From Acidipropionibacterium sp. (GTDB lineage: Bacteria > Actinomycetota > Actinomycetes > Propionibacteriales > Propionibacteriaceae), in assembly GCA_022647765.1 (NCBI GenBank), contig JALCLH010000001.1, positions 227,480 to 291,479 of the forward strand: a stretch of 64,000 nt of DNA, written 5' to 3'. The position numbers were made by a program, and so were the translations under genes. The notes under the pieces were generated by a model. It was not told where the DNA came from. It did no database searches and saw only the letters and a list, made by a program, of their open reading frames with translations. Below are positions 16,695-28,047 of the stretch, piece by piece. Position 1 is the first letter of the stretch. Each line of letters opens with the position of its first letter.

Positions 16695-17903
16695 ATGAAG
16701 TCAGTTGAGGACCTCGGCGACCTGTCAGGCAAGCGGGTTGTCATCCGCTGCGATTTCAACGTCCCGCTGGATGGCGAGACCATCACCGACGACGGCCGCA
16801 TCAAGGCCGCTCTGCCCACCCTGGAGCAGCTCCACCAGGCCGGCGCCCGCACCACCGTGCTGGCCCACCTGGGACGCCCGAAGGGCGAGGTGAACCCCAA
16901 GTTCTCGCTGGCCCCGGTGGCCAAGCGGCTCGGTGAGCTGATGGGTCTGGACATCAAGCTCGCCTCCGATGTGGTCGGCCCGTCCGCCCAGGAGACCTCC
17001 GCCGCCCTCGCCGACGGCGAGATCGCGCTGGTCGAGAATGTCCGCTTCGAGAAGGGCGAGACCTCCAAGGACGAGGCCGAGCGCACCGAGCTGGCCAAGA
17101 AGTACGCCTCCTTCGGAGACTTCTACGTCTCCAACGGGTTCGGCGTCGTGCACCGCAAGCAGGCCTCGGTCTACGACCTCGCCAAGCTGCTGCCGAGCGC
17201 GGCCGGCTCCCTGGTCGCCAAGGAGGTCGACGTCCTCGAGGGGCTCACCGCCGACCCGAAGCGCCCCTTCGTCGTCGTCCTCGGCGGCGCCAAGGTGGCC
17301 GACAAGCTGGCCGTCATCGACAACCTGCTCAAGGTGGCCGACACCCTGGTGATCGGCGGAGGCATGGCCTTCACCTTCATCAAGGCCCAGGGCCACGAGG
17401 TCGGCACCTCGCTGGTCGACGACGACTCGATCGAGGCCGTCAAGGGCTACCTGGCCCAGGCCGCGGCCGCAGGCAAGAAGATCCTGCTCCCGGTCGACGT
17501 CCGGGTCTCCGACTCCGTCGACTTCGGCGCGCACACCGTCGGTGAGGTGGACGTCGTCCCCGCCGACCAGATGCCCGCCGGCAAGATGGGTCTGGACATC
17601 GGCCCGGAGTCCGAGAAGCTCTACGCCGAGGCCGTCAGCAGCGCCGCCTCGGTGTTCTGGAACGGCCCGATGGGCGTCTTCGAGATCAAGGGCCTGGAGG
17701 AGGGCACCCGCGCCGTCGCGCAGGCCCTCACCGAGGTCAAGGGCCTGTCGGTGGTCGGCGGCGGCGACTCCGCCTCGGCGGTCCGCTCGCTCGGCTTCGC
17801 CGACGACCAGTTCGGTCACATTTCCACCGGTGGTGGCGCCTCCCTGGAGCTCATGGAGGGCAAGGAACTCCCCGGTATCGCAGTCCTGAAGGAGAGCAAC
17901 TGA
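16695..17903 (+). CDS. pgk: Phosphoglycerate kinase
   Basis: [21 protein letters not shown] and STGGGASL motifs. Confidence 0.99.
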   Translation: MKSVEDLGDLSGKRVVIRCDFNVPLDGETITDDGRIKAALPTLEQLHQAGARTTVLAHLGRPKGEVNPKFSLAPVAKRLGELMGLDIKLASDVVGPSAQETSAALADGEIALVENVRFEKGETSKDEAERTELAKKYASFGDFYVSNGFGVVHRKQASVYDLAKLLPSAAGSLVAKEVDVLEGLTADPKRPFVVVLGGAKVADKLAVIDNLLKVADTLVIGGGMAFTFIKAQGHEVGTSLVDDDSIEAVKGYLAQAAAAGKKILLPVDVRVSDSVDFGAHTVGEVDVVPADQMPAGKMGLDIGPESEKLYAEAVSSAASVFWNGPMGVFEIKGLEEGTRAVAQALTEVKGLSVVGGGDSASAVRSLGFADDQFGHISTGGGASLELMEGKELPGIAVLKESN

Positions 17904-18682
17904 TGTCCCGCAAGCCGATTCTGGCCGGTAACTGGAAGATGAATCTGGATCACCAGGCCGGTCTGAGCCTGGTCCAGGATCTGGGCGCCGCCCTGGCCGA
18001 CAAGGACCACGATCCGGAGAAGTCCGAGGCCGTCGTCATCCCGCCGTTCACCGACATCCGCACCGTCCAGGTGCTCATCGAGGGGGACAAGCTCCCGATC
18101 GCCTTCGGCGCCCAGGACATCTCGGCCCACGACGACGGCGCCTACACCGGGGAGATCTCCGGATCGATGCTGTCGGCCCTCAAGTGCTCCTACGTCGTGG
18201 TCGGCCACTCCGAGCGCCGCGAGTACCACTCCGAGTCCGACGAGCTGGTCAACGCCAAGGCCAAGAAGGCCATCGAGAACGGGCTGACGCCGATCATCTG
18301 CTGCGGCGAGCCCCTCGAGGTCCGCAAGGCCGGCAAGCACGTCGAGCACACCGTCGCCCAGATCACGGCCGACCTGGCCGGGATCGACGCCGCCGACGTC
18401 GCCAAGCTGGTCATCGCCTATGAGCCCATCTGGGCCATCGGCACCGGCGAGACGGCCACCGCCGACGACGCCCAGGAGGTCTGCGGGGCGCTGCGCAAGG
18501 CCGTCGCCGACCTCTACGACGCCCCGACCGCCGAGGCCGTCCGGATCCAGTACGGCGGCTCGGTCAAGCCGGGCAACGTCGTCGAGATCATGAGCAAGCC
18601 CGACGTCGACGGCGCCCTGGTCGGAGGGGCCTCCCTCAAGGCCGGCGACTTCGCCGACATCGTGACCTTCTACCAGAAGTGA
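17903..18682 (+). CDS. tpiA: Triosephosphate isomerase
   Basis: AGNWKMN, GHSERR and [11 protein letters not shown] motifs. Confidence 0.99.
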   Translation: MSRKPILAGNWKMNLDHQAGLSLVQDLGAALADKDHDPEKSEAVVIPPFTDIRTVQVLIEGDKLPIAFGAQDISAHDDGAYTGEISGSMLSALKCSYVVVGHSERREYHSESDELVNAKAKKAIENGLTPIICCGEPLEVRKAGKHVEHTVAQITADLAGIDAADVAKLVIAYEPIWAIGTGETATADDAQEVCGALRKAVADLYDAPTAEAVRIQYGGSVKPGNVVEIMSKPDVDGALVGGASLKAGDFADIVTFYQK

Positions 18683-18717
18683 TCGACTGACGGTTCATCC
18701 GGTATCTATTCAGTACC

Positions 18718-18768
18718 GAACAGGCACGCCGCCCCGGGTCCCGCGAGATCCGGGGCGGCGTGCTGTTC
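18718..18768 (+). terminator. Hairpin after tpiA
   Basis: GCACGCCGCCCCGG...CCGGGGCGGCGTGC stem. Confidence 0.6.
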
Positions 18769-18803
18769 GGGGGCCGCCGCGAACGTGAGTTAGGGTAGAG
18801 CCT

Positions 18804-19064
18804 GTGATTTTCGCGCCCCTCATGACATGGCCCGTGATGACCCTGTCGATCATCCTGTGTGTTTTCAGTGTGATCCTCACGCTCTTCGTCCTGCTCCACA
18901 AGAGCAAGGGCGGCGGCCTGTCGGATCTGTTCGGCGGCGGGGTGTCCACCTCGATGGGCGGCACATCGATCGCGGAGCGCAATCTCGATCGGCTGACGAC
19001 GGTAATGGGGCTGTTGTGGCTGGCCTGCATCATCGGCCTGCTGGTGGTCTACCGCTACGCCTGA
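18804..19064 (+). CDS. secG: Preprotein translocase subunit SecG
   Basis: LLHKSKGGGLSDLFGGG and ERNLDRLT motifs; exact start uncertain. Confidence 0.93.
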   Translation: MIFAPLMTWPVMTLSIILCVFSVILTLFVLLHKSKGGGLSDLFGGGVSTSMGGTSIAERNLDRLTTVMGLLWLACIIGLLVVYRYA

Positions 19065-19125
19065 ACGGGTAAGTGGTGCGATCAGCAGGCTGGACAAGTG
19101 AACGAAGAGGGAGAGTGACCAGGAC

Positions 19126-19482
19126 GTGTCTGGTGGAAGCGCAATCCGAGGCAGCAGAGTGGGTGCCGGGCCAGCGGGAGAGGCGGAGCGGGGTGAGGCC
19201 GCACCCCGTGAGGTGATCCAGTACTACTGCGCGAACCACCACGTCGTCCGTCCGGTGTTCTCGGTGGACGCCCAGGTCCCCGATACCTGGGAGTGTCCCA
19301 AGTGCGGCCTGCCCGCCAACCGGGACCAGCAGAATCCGCCGCCGCCGCCGAAGATCACCCCGTACAAGACCCACCTGGCCTATGTGAAGGAGCGTCGCAG
19401 CGACGCCGAGGCGGCGGCCATCCTGGCCGAGGCGCTGGCCAGCCTGCGGGAGCGACGCCGCAACGGCGAGGTCATCTATTGA
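19126..19482 (+). CDS. rbpA: RNA polymerase-binding protein RbpA
   Basis: IRGSRVG, YYCANHH, WECPKCG and KTHLAYVKERR motifs. Confidence 0.92.
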   Translation: MSGGSAIRGSRVGAGPAGEAERGEAAPREVIQYYCANHHVVRPVFSVDAQVPDTWECPKCGLPANRDQQNPPPPPKITPYKTHLAYVKERRSDAEAAAILAEALASLRERRRNGEVIY

Positions 19483-20942
19483 GCCCGGCCGGTCACGAGC
19501 AGCTCGTCGAACAGCTGCAGGCGCGCTGGCCCGAACATCGGATCGGGCCAGGCCTGGACCGCGAGAGGGCGATCCTCGACCTGCTCGGCAATCCGGAGCG
19601 GTCCTGCCCGGTGATCCAGATCGCCGGGACCAACGGGAAGGGCTCCACCGCGATCATGGTGGAGTCCGTCCTGCGGGCCGCCGGGCTGAGGGTGGGCCGG
19701 TACACCTCCCCGCATCTGGTGGATCTGCGCGAGCGGATCTGCGTCGACGGCGAGCCGATCAGCGCTCAGCGGTTCGACGAGATCTGGTCCCAGATCGAGC
19801 CGATGGTGACGATGGTCGACCAGCAGCACATCGACGGCATCGAGCCGACCTTCTTCGAGGTGATGACGGCGATGGCCTTCGCCGTCTTCGCCGACGCCCC
19901 GGTCGACGTCGCGGTGGTCGAGGTCGGACTGGGCGGCCGTTGGGACGCCACCAATGTGGTGGACGCCCAGGTCGCGGTGGTCGCCCCGGTCGCGATGGAC
20001 CATATGAACATCCTCGGCGACACCCTCACCAAGATCGCCACCGAGAAGGCCGGGATCATCAAGCCCGGGAGCAGCGCGGTGATCGCCGGGCAGAAGCCGG
20101 AGGCCGCCGCGGTGCTGCTGGCCCAGTGCACCGACGCCGGCGTCCAGCCCATTCTGGAGGGGCCCGATTTCGCCCTGCTGGAGCGTCGCCCGGCGGTCGG
20201 CGGTCAGGTGATCCGGATCCAGACCGCGGGCGGGCCGCTGGGGGAGCTGTACCTGCCGCTGTTCGGTGAGCACATGGCCCACAACGCCGCTCTGGCGGTG
20301 GCCGCCGTGGAGGCCTTCATGGGCGGCAAGCCGCTCAACCCCCAGATCATCGAGCGCGGCCTGGCCGAGGTCGTCGCCCCCGCCCGGCTGGAGGTGGTGC
20401 GGCGCACCCCGCCGGTGATCCTGGACACCTTCCACAACCCGCATGGCGCGCACTCGGCGATGGCCGGGCTCACCGAGTCCTTCGAGTTGAACCCGCTGGT
20501 CGCCGTGGTGGCGTCGATGCGGGACAAGGACACCGACGGGGTCTTCGCCGAGATGGCCGGCAGCGTCGGCCAGGTGGTGCTCACCACGATGCCGGAGCTG
20601 CCCCGGGCGCGGACCCTCGAGGACATCGACGCGGTCGCCTCGCGCTACTGGGACGAGGATCATCGCAGTCAGGCCCCGACGGTCGCCGAGGCGATCGGCC
20701 GGGGCATCGAACTGGCCGAGCTGGCCGGCCCGGGAGCCGGCGTCCTCATCGCCGGATCGGTGGTGCTGGCCGGCCAGGCCCGCGCCATCCTGGTGCCCGA
20801 CGGCGTCAACCGCCTGTCGAGCGGACCGCAGGCGGTCGTGGAGACCCCGGAGCTGTCCGACCAGGAGATCGCGGCGATGGAGGGTGAGAGGCTCGAACCC
20901 GTCGACGACGATCCCGACGGGGACGACGAGGAGACCTGGTGA
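19479..20942 (+). CDS. folC: Folylpolyglutamate synthase/dihydrofolate synthase
   Basis: GTNGKGS, YTSPHL and EVGLGGRWDATN motifs; TTG start overlaps rbpA stop. Confidence 0.95.
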   Translation: MSPAGHEQLVEQLQARWPEHRIGPGLDRERAILDLLGNPERSCPVIQIAGTNGKGSTAIMVESVLRAAGLRVGRYTSPHLVDLRERICVDGEPISAQRFDEIWSQIEPMVTMVDQQHIDGIEPTFFEVMTAMAFAVFADAPVDVAVVEVGLGGRWDATNVVDAQVAVVAPVAMDHMNILGDTLTKIATEKAGIIKPGSSAVIAGQKPEAAAVLLAQCTDAGVQPILEGPDFALLERRPAVGGQVIRIQTAGGPLGELYLPLFGEHMAHNAALAVAAVEAFMGGKPLNPQIIERGLAEVVAPARLEVVRRTPPVILDTFHNPHGAHSAMAGLTESFELNPLVAVVASMRDKDTDGVFAEMAGSVGQVVLTTMPELPRARTLEDIDAVASRYWDEDHRSQAPTVAEAIGRGIELAELAGPGAGVLIAGSVVLAGQARAILVPDGVNRLSSGPQAVVETPELSDQEIAAMEGERLEPVDDDPDGDDEETW

Positions 20943-21283
20943 ACCCGGCGCGGGTCGGCGGACTGTCGCCCGGCAATCCGATGCGCACCCCGCTGGCGGC
21001 GGCCCTGTTCAGCGAGGTGATCGTCTTCGGCCTGGCGATCCCCGGGATGATCCTGGTCTCCTCGGTCCCGGCGTCGGTCGCCGCCGCGCTGGGCGGCCTG
21101 TGCGCCCTGCTGGCGCTGGTCTCGGCGCTGGGGCTGCGCCGCGGATGGGGGTATCCGCTGGGCTGGATCACCCAGGCGGCGGGCATCCTGCTCGGGCTGG
21201 CCACCCCGATGATGTACCTGGTCGGCGCGATCTTCGCGGTCATCTGGGTGGCGACCTACGTGATGGGTCGACGACTCCAGTGA
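20939..21283 (+). CDS. DUF4233-type membrane protein
   Basis: Four hydrophobic segments; usual position between folC and ndk. Confidence 0.75.
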   Translation: MNPARVGGLSPGNPMRTPLAAALFSEVIVFGLAIPGMILVSSVPASVAAALGGLCALLALVSALGLRRGWGYPLGWITQAAGILLGLATPMMYLVGAIFAVIWVATYVMGRRLQ

Positions 21284-21310
21284 CGTGGGCGATGCGATAG
21301 GGTCTGCGCC

Positions 21311-21730
21311 ATGGGTGACACGCAGAGAGTCCTCGTCCTCCTCAAGCCCGACGCCGTCGAGCGTCATCTCATGGGTGAGATCATCGGCAGGTACGAGACG
21401 CGGGGACTGACGGTGCGGGCGATGGAGCTGCGCACGATCGACGAGGATCTGGCCTCCCGGCACTACGCCGAGCACATCGGCCGGCCCTACTACGAGACCC
21501 TGGTGGAATTCATCACCTCGGGGCCGCTGGTGGCGCTGGTCCTGGAGGGACGCAAGGCGATCTCCGCGGTGCGGGCGATGAACGGCGCGACCGACTGCGC
21601 CGAGGCCGCCCCCGGCACGATCCGCGGCGACCTGGGGGTCGAGTACCAGCACAATCTGGTGCACGCCTCCGACTCCCCGGAGTCCGCGGCGCGCGAGGTC
21701 GCGCTGTGGTTCCCCGACCTGGCCGAGTAG
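21311..21730 (+). CDS. ndk: Nucleoside diphosphate kinase
   Basis: KPDAV, PGTIRGD and NLVHASDS motifs. Confidence 0.98.
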   Translation: MGDTQRVLVLLKPDAVERHLMGEIIGRYETRGLTVRAMELRTIDEDLASRHYAEHIGRPYYETLVEFITSGPLVALVLEGRKAISAVRAMNGATDCAEAAPGTIRGDLGVEYQHNLVHASDSPESAAREVALWFPDLAE

Positions 21731-21734
21731 CGCA

Positions 21735-23362
21735 GTGACCCGCGATCCCGCCCGGATTCTGGCCGGCATGACCCTGGCCGAGAAGGCCGGTCAGCTGCTG
21801 GTCTGCGAGATCTACGGCACCGATCCGAAGGTCCCTCATCCGAAGAACCTCGAGCACTTCGGGGTGCCGACGGCGGCCGAGGCCATCGCCGAGCTCCGGC
21901 CGGGCGGGGTGGTCTACTTCCGCTGGACCGACTCCTTCGACGACGGCCCCGAGCAGCTCGCCAGGCTGTCCAACGGCCTTCAGGAGGCCGCCCTCTCGGC
22001 CGGTGCGGGCGTCGGCCTGCTCGATCACCACCGACCAGGAGCAGGGGCCGTCGAGCCGTTTCGGGCCGCCGGCCACCCAGTTCCCCGGGGCGATGTCCCT
22101 GGGCGCCATCGGCGATCCGGAGCTGGCCCGGCAGACCGCCGCGATCACCGGCCGGGAGCTGTCCGCGGTCGGCATCACCACCGATTTCGCCCCCGACGCC
22201 GACGTCAACGTCAATCCGGCCAACCCGGTGATCGGCGTCCGCTCCTTCGGCTCCGACCCGCACCGGGTGGCCGAGATGGTCGTCGCGCAGATCCACGGCT
22301 ACCAGGAAGACGCCGGAATCGCCGCCTGCGCCAAGCACTTCCCCGGCCACGGGGACACCGCCACCGACTCCCACACCGGACTGCCCGTCATCGAGCACAG
22401 CCGCCAGGAGTGGGAGCGCACCGATCTGCCGCCCTTCCAGGCCGCGGTGGACGCCGGCGTCGACCTGGTGATGAGCGCCCACATCCGGTTCCCGGCGCTG
22501 GAGCCGTCCGGGGAGCCCGCCACCCTGAGCCGGCGGATCCTCACCGATCTGCTGCGCACCCGGCTGGGCTATCGGGGGGTCATCATCACCGACTCCCTCG
22601 AGATGGCCGGAGTGCGTCAGACCCATCCGGACGCCGAGACCCCGGTGTTGGCGCTGGCCGCCGGCGCCGACCTCATTCTGATGCCTCCCGACCCCCGCCA
22701 GGCCCGCGACGCCATCGTGGCCGCAGTCGCCTCGGGCCGGCTGCCGGAGTCGGAGATCGACGCCAAGGTGCTGCGGGTGCTGGAGCTCAAGGCCCGCCGC
22801 GGGATGCTCGACCCCGCGCCGGCCGACCCCGGGAAGGTGCCGGACAGCGTCGGCACGCCGGACCATCTGGGTCTGGCGGCCGACCTCACCCGGCGCGCGA
22901 TCACCCTGATCAATCAGGGGACGGGTCGAGCTGCCGATCCGCCTCGACGGCCTGCCGGTGCACGTCACCGGCTGGAATCAGGCCGAGAATCTCGACCTGG
23001 TGTCCGCCCTCAGCGATGAGCTGAAGGACGCCGGCGCCCGGCCGGTCGGACAGCTCGATGAGCTCGAGGAGACCGGCCTGGTGGTCTGCCTCACCCACCG
23101 GCTCACCGAGGGGTCGGACCAGGCCCGATTCCTGGCCGACCTGGCCTCGGCGGGCCGGAATGTGCTGGCGATCTCGGTCGGGGTGCCCTACGACGTCTGG
23201 CAGATCCCCGAGTCGATCACCCAGCTCGCCGTCTACACCTCGGCGGTCACCGTGCCTCATGCCGTGGTGCATGCGATCACCGATGGCGAGGCGCCGGGCG
23301 GCGTCTCCCCGGTTGATCTGACGGTGGAATACACACGGTGTGGCATAATCAACGTCAGGTGA
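21735..23362 (+). CDS. nagZ: GH3 beta-N-acetylhexosaminidase, frameshifted near 22020 and 22920
   Basis: DQEQG, KHFPGHG, DSH and ITDSLEM motifs across three ORF fragments. Confidence 0.8.
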
Positions 23363-23561
23363 CGGGGCACCGCCCCAATCTCTGAAAGTCGAGACCCACA
23401 CCGCGACGCCATGGCGACCGCGGGGGATCATGGCGACAGAGCTCACCGCCAGCTTTTGCACCGCGCCGGGAATCGATACCGAACTGGTCTGCGCCACGAC
23501 ATCGTGAGCGTGTTCCTGGTGGCCGTGTGCATCTGATCGCGCCGCAAGGCGGAGGAGACAC

Positions 23562-26241
23562 ATGCTCCAGGACAACACTGACAACTCCATTGTGGGATCG
23601 ACCGGCGACGGGCCCGATGAGGGGGCGGCGAATCCCCCGAAACGCCGGCATCGCGCCGCCTCCCGCCCGGCCGGAGCCCCGGCCGCCAGCGCCGCCGGCT
23701 CGAACGGCCCGGCCGTGACGATCGTGGCCGCCGGATCCGGCGGCAGCGTCATCAGCTCCGAGGCCGAGGCCTCGGACCTTCCGCGCCCCCCGACCGGACG
23801 CCGGCGTCGCGCCACCCGGTCGGCCAGTGCGCCCGTCGAGAAGCTGCTGCGAAGAAGACTCCCGCGAAGCAGGCACCCACTGAGAAGGCCGCGAGAAGCC
23901 CTCGGTCGAGAAGACGCCGACCCGCCGGCGCCGCGCCACCCGCGCCAGCCAGCCGGTCGCTGAGCCGGTGCGCCAGGACGTGCCCGTCGAGAAGCCGGCT
24001 GAGGACTCCACCGACGGAGCCATCGAGGCCGCTCTCAACAAGGCCGCCGCTACCGCCCGGACGAGTGCTCTGGACCCGGTGGTGGCCGATCCCTTCGGCT
24101 CCACCGGTTCCGACCGCTCCACCTCCGACATCCTTGACTCCCTGGCCGCCGAGATCGGCGGCGAGGATGCCGTCCCGAAGCGCACCCGCCGTCGTCGCTC
24201 CCGCTCCACTGACAGGACTGAGACTGACAGGGCTGAGGCGGTCGAGGAGACCGGGCCCGCAGCCGAGGAGCCCACCGAGCAGGACGAGCAGACGCCGTCT
24301 CGCCCCGCCAGCCCGGCGGCCGACGACGACTCCGATGGTGCCGACGCCGGTCAGGCGACCGACAGCGCTGACCACGAGGAGGACGCCGAGGAGTCCCGCG
24401 GGACCACCCGCCGTCGCCGTCGTCGCGGCGGACGCCGTCGTCGCCGCGGCGAGGCCGAGGAGACCTCCTCGCAGGCCGGCGAGGCGGCCGAGTCCGGGAC
24501 CGACGAGTCCACCGACCAGAGCTCCGGCGAGAATGCGGAGCACGAGGATCACGACTCCGAGAAGTCCGGTGAGGCGAAGTCCGGTGAGGACAAGAGCGGC
24601 GAGGAGGAGTCCAGCTCCACCCGTCGCCGGCGTCGTCGCCGTCGTCGCCGCGGCGAGGACACCTCGGGAGCCGAGGACGATCCGAGCGAGGTCGTGGTCA
24701 AGGTCCGCGAGCCGCGCCCGCACCACTCGGTGACCGACGAGGTCACCGGGATCGAGGGATCGACCCGCCTGGAGGCCAAGAAGCAGCGCCGCCGCGAGGG
24801 CCGCGCAGCCGGCCGCCGCCGCAGCGCCATCCTCACCGAGGCCGAGTTCCTGGCCCGCCGCGAGCAGGTGGAGCGCCGGATGGTGGTGCGCCAGTCCGAG
24901 GAGTACTCGCAGCTGGCGGTGCTGGAGGACGGCGCCCTGGTCGAGCACTACGTGGACCGCTCCTCGGCGGCCTCCTCGATCGGCAACATCTACCTGGGCA
25001 AGGTGCAGAACGTGCTGCCCTCGATGGAGGCGGCCTTCGTCGACATCGGACGCGGCCGCAACGCCGTGCTCTACGCCGGCGAGGTGGACTGGGCCCGCTA
25101 CGGCAAGGAGGGCGAGCCGAGGCGCATCGAGCACGCCCTCAAGTCCGGCGACCAGGTGCTGGTGCAGGTCTCCAAGGACCCGGTCGGCCAGAAGGGCGCC
25201 CGGCTCACCAGCCACATCTCGATCCCCGGCCGCTACATCGTCTACGCCCCGGGCGGCCAGCTGTCCGGGATCTCCCGCAAGCTCGCCGACACCGAGCGCA
25301 AGCGGCTCAAGAAGATCATCGACGAGAACATCCCCTCCGACGCCTCGGTGATCGTGCGGACCGCCGCCGAGGGGGCCTCCGAGGAGGATCTGGAGCGCGA
25401 CATCAGCCGGCTCAAGAGCCAGTGGGAGGTCATCGAGCGCAAGGCCAAGTCCTCCCACGCCCCGGCGATGCTCTACACCGAGCCGGATCTCACGCTGCGG
25501 ATCATCCGCGACCTGTTCACCGCCGACTTCACCGAGCTGGTGGTCGCCGGCGACGGCGGGCCCGAGGACGCCTACGAGACCATCAAGGGCTACGTCGAGC
25601 ACGTCGCCCCGGATCTGGGCGGCCGGTTGACCCGCTGGGACACCGAGTCCCAGGGCGACCCCTTCGCCCAGTACCGGATCGACGAGCAGATCGCCAAGGC
25701 GCTGGAGCGCAAGGTCTTCCTGCCCTCGGGCGGCTCGCTGGTGATCGACCGCACCGAGGCCATGACGGTCATCGACGTCAACACCGGCAAGTTCACCGGC
25801 TCGGCCGGCAACCTGGAGGCCACCGTCACCGCCAACAACCTGGAGGCGGCCGAGGAGATCGTCCGCCAGCTGAGGCTGCGCGACATCGGCGGGATCATCG
25901 TGGTCGACTTCATCGACATGGTGCTGCCGGCCAACCGGGAGCTGCTGGTGCGCCGGCTGGTCGAGTGCCTGGGCCGCGACCGGACCCGCCACCAGGTCTC
26001 CGAGGTGACCTCGCTGGGGCTGGTGCAGATGACCCGCAAGAAGATCGGCACCGGGCTGGCCGAGGCCTTCACCGAGGAGTGCGCCGAGTGCGGCGGGCGC
26101 GGCTACCACCGCTCCAGCGAGCCGGTGGACTCCCAGGCTCCCGCCGATGGCGGGGAGCGCTCGGGCCACAGCAAGGGCCGGTCGAATCGGTCCAGGTCGG
26201 GGTCCAAGCACTCCGGCCGGAGTTCCAAGAACGCGGACTGA
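23562..26241 (+). CDS. rne: Ribonuclease E/G, frameshifted in the low-complexity N-terminus (about 23850-23900)
   Basis: S1 domain (GNIYLGKV, AAFVDIG), IDVNTG, GGIIVVDFIDM, CxxCGG; Arg-rich N-terminal extension. Confidence 0.93.
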
Positions 26242-26439
26242 GAAGACGGATTGAGAAGACGAACCGAGGCGTGACGCCGGCCGCCGGCGGACCTGTTTTG
26301 ACCCGATCGGGGTTGAACGGTAAAGTTGGCGGCCGGTCCGACCTGACGGTGCGATCATGCCCCAGAGTCGGTCAGGCTTCGGTCGGGACCCTCGTGGTTC
26401 CGTTCCATTGAGAAGACATCGAACGAGAGTAGGTCAGGC

Positions 26440-26748
26440 GTGTACGCGATCGTGCGTAGTGGCGGCCGCCAGCACAAGGTGGCAGTGGGTGACGTCGTCG
26501 AGATCGACAAGGTCACCGACGAGGTGGGCAGCAGCATCGAGCTGACTCCCCTTCTGCTGGTGGACGGCGAGTCTGTCACCTCGCAGCAGGATGCCCTAGC
26601 CAAGGTCTCGGTGACTGCCGAGGTGCTGGGCGAGGCGAAGGGTCCGAAGATCCGGATCCTCAAGTACAAGAACAAGACCGGATACCGGAAGCGCCAGGGG
26701 CACCGTCAGAAGTACACCCAGGTCAAGGTCACCGGGATCAAGGGCTGA
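26440..26748 (+). CDS. rplU: 50S ribosomal protein L21
   Basis: [11 protein letters not shown] and GHRQKYT motifs. Confidence 0.98.
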   Translation: MYAIVRSGGRQHKVAVGDVVEIDKVTDEVGSSIELTPLLLVDGESVTSQQDALAKVSVTAEVLGEAKGPKIRILKYKNKTGYRKRQGHRQKYTQVKVTGIKG

Positions 26749-26763
26749 GAGGGGTAGACAGAG

Positions 26764-27033
26764 ATGGCACACAAGAAGGGCGCATCCTCGTCCCGTAACG
26801 GTCGCGACTCCAACGCTCAGCGTCTGGGCGTCAAGCGCTCGGGCGGTCAGCTCGTCAACGCGGGCGAGATCATCGTTCGCCAGCGCGGCACTCACTTCCA
26901 TCCCGGCAAGGGAGTCGGCCGCGGCAAGGACGACACCTTGTTCGCGCTGCGCGCCGGCAATGTCGCTTTCGGCACCCGTCGCGGTCGTCGAGTGATCGAC
27001 GTCGTCCCCGTCGAGGAGCTCGCGCAGGCCTGA
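26764..27033 (+). CDS. rpmA: 50S ribosomal protein L27
   Basis: [17 protein letters not shown]-terminus. Confidence 0.99.
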   Translation: MAHKKGASSSRNGRDSNAQRLGVKRSGGQLVNAGEIIVRQRGTHFHPGKGVGRGKDDTLFALRAGNVAFGTRRGRRVIDVVPVEELAQA

Positions 27034-27066
27034 TCCGCGCACTCCCCGCACCGACACTCACGCGTT

Positions 27067-27093
27067 GGACCCCGCCCGGCAAGGGCGGGGTCC
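27067..27093 (+). terminator. Hairpin after rpmA
   Basis: GGACCCCGCCC-GGCAA-GGGCGGGGTCC. Confidence 0.65.
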
Positions 27094-27357
27094 TTCCGTC
27101 TCCTACGACCCTGGTATGAGAAGACATTTCAGGGTTGAGATGGCCGGGTCGGCCACCTAGCGTCGGGTGCGGCGGCCGATGAGAATCGGCGGCCGGAGGA
27201 GGAGAGTTGCAGGTGCAGGATCGGAGCACGAGGGCCACGGGAATCGGCGATTCGGTACCCGAGCAGGCGAGCAGTCGCGTCACACTTCCGGCGGGCTGGG
27301 GCGCCGGCTATCCCGAGGACCGCGAGAAGGCCGTGCGGGTGCGACCCTCCCAGCAGA

Positions 27358-27999
27358 TTGACGCCCCCACCACGGTTCATCCGCTGGTCTCCGCACCGCG
27401 CCAGGACGATCCGCTGGGCATCTATCGCTCGGCCGGTGCTCCCTGTCCATATCCCGTCGCATCACTGCGAGACCGCGACGGCACGGCCGGCGGAACAACC
27501 GGCCCGCGACGGCGTCGAGCAGGCTCATGGCGGCCGTGAGCAGGTCAGGAAGGTGGCCGACACCACTCGGGTGGCGTCGCGCAAGCTCGGACTGCGCGGC
27601 CATGAGGTCATTGCCGGGGCCGGTGCCTCGGCCCTGGCGACCATCGTCACCTCCTCGTTGGGGATCGGCGGCACCCCCTTCGGCAGCGCGATGACGAGCA
27701 TGGTGATCGCCGTCGCGGGCGCGGTCTTCGCCCGACTGCTCACCCGGGGCCAGCCCGATCAGCGGGCGTCGGCACCGACCCGCGGCAGGTCGCGCGGCGT
27801 CTTCCTGCGGACCGTCGCCATCGCCGTGGCGCTCACTCTCGGCACCGGCATTCTGGGCGCGATCTTCCTGAGCGGGGCGACGGGCATCCCGTTCTCCCAG
27901 CAGGTCCTCAACATCACATCCTCCAGCTATCGGGTCCGCGAGATGTGGGAGCAGGCGTGGCCCTACCTGAAAGATGCTTGGCGAGCGGCTGTTCGCTGA
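27358..27999 (+). CDS. Hypothetical membrane protein; 5' end uncertain or frameshifted
   Basis: Hydrophobic helices (AGASALAT..SSLGIGGT..GSA) in the C-terminal half. Confidence 0.55.
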   Translation: MTPPPRFIRWSPHRARTIRWASIARPVLPVHIPSHHCETATARPAEQPARDGVEQAHGGREQVRKVADTTRVASRKLGLRGHEVIAGAGASALATIVTSSLGIGGTPFGSAMTSMVIAVAGAVFARLLTRGQPDQRASAPTRGRSRGVFLRTVAIAVALTLGTGILGAIFLSGATGIPFSQQVLNITSSSYRVREMWEQAWPYLKDAWRAAVR

Positions 28000-28047
28000 T
28001 CCCCAGTAGTCTTGGCCCCACCGCACCCCATTCTCAGGAGGACCCGG

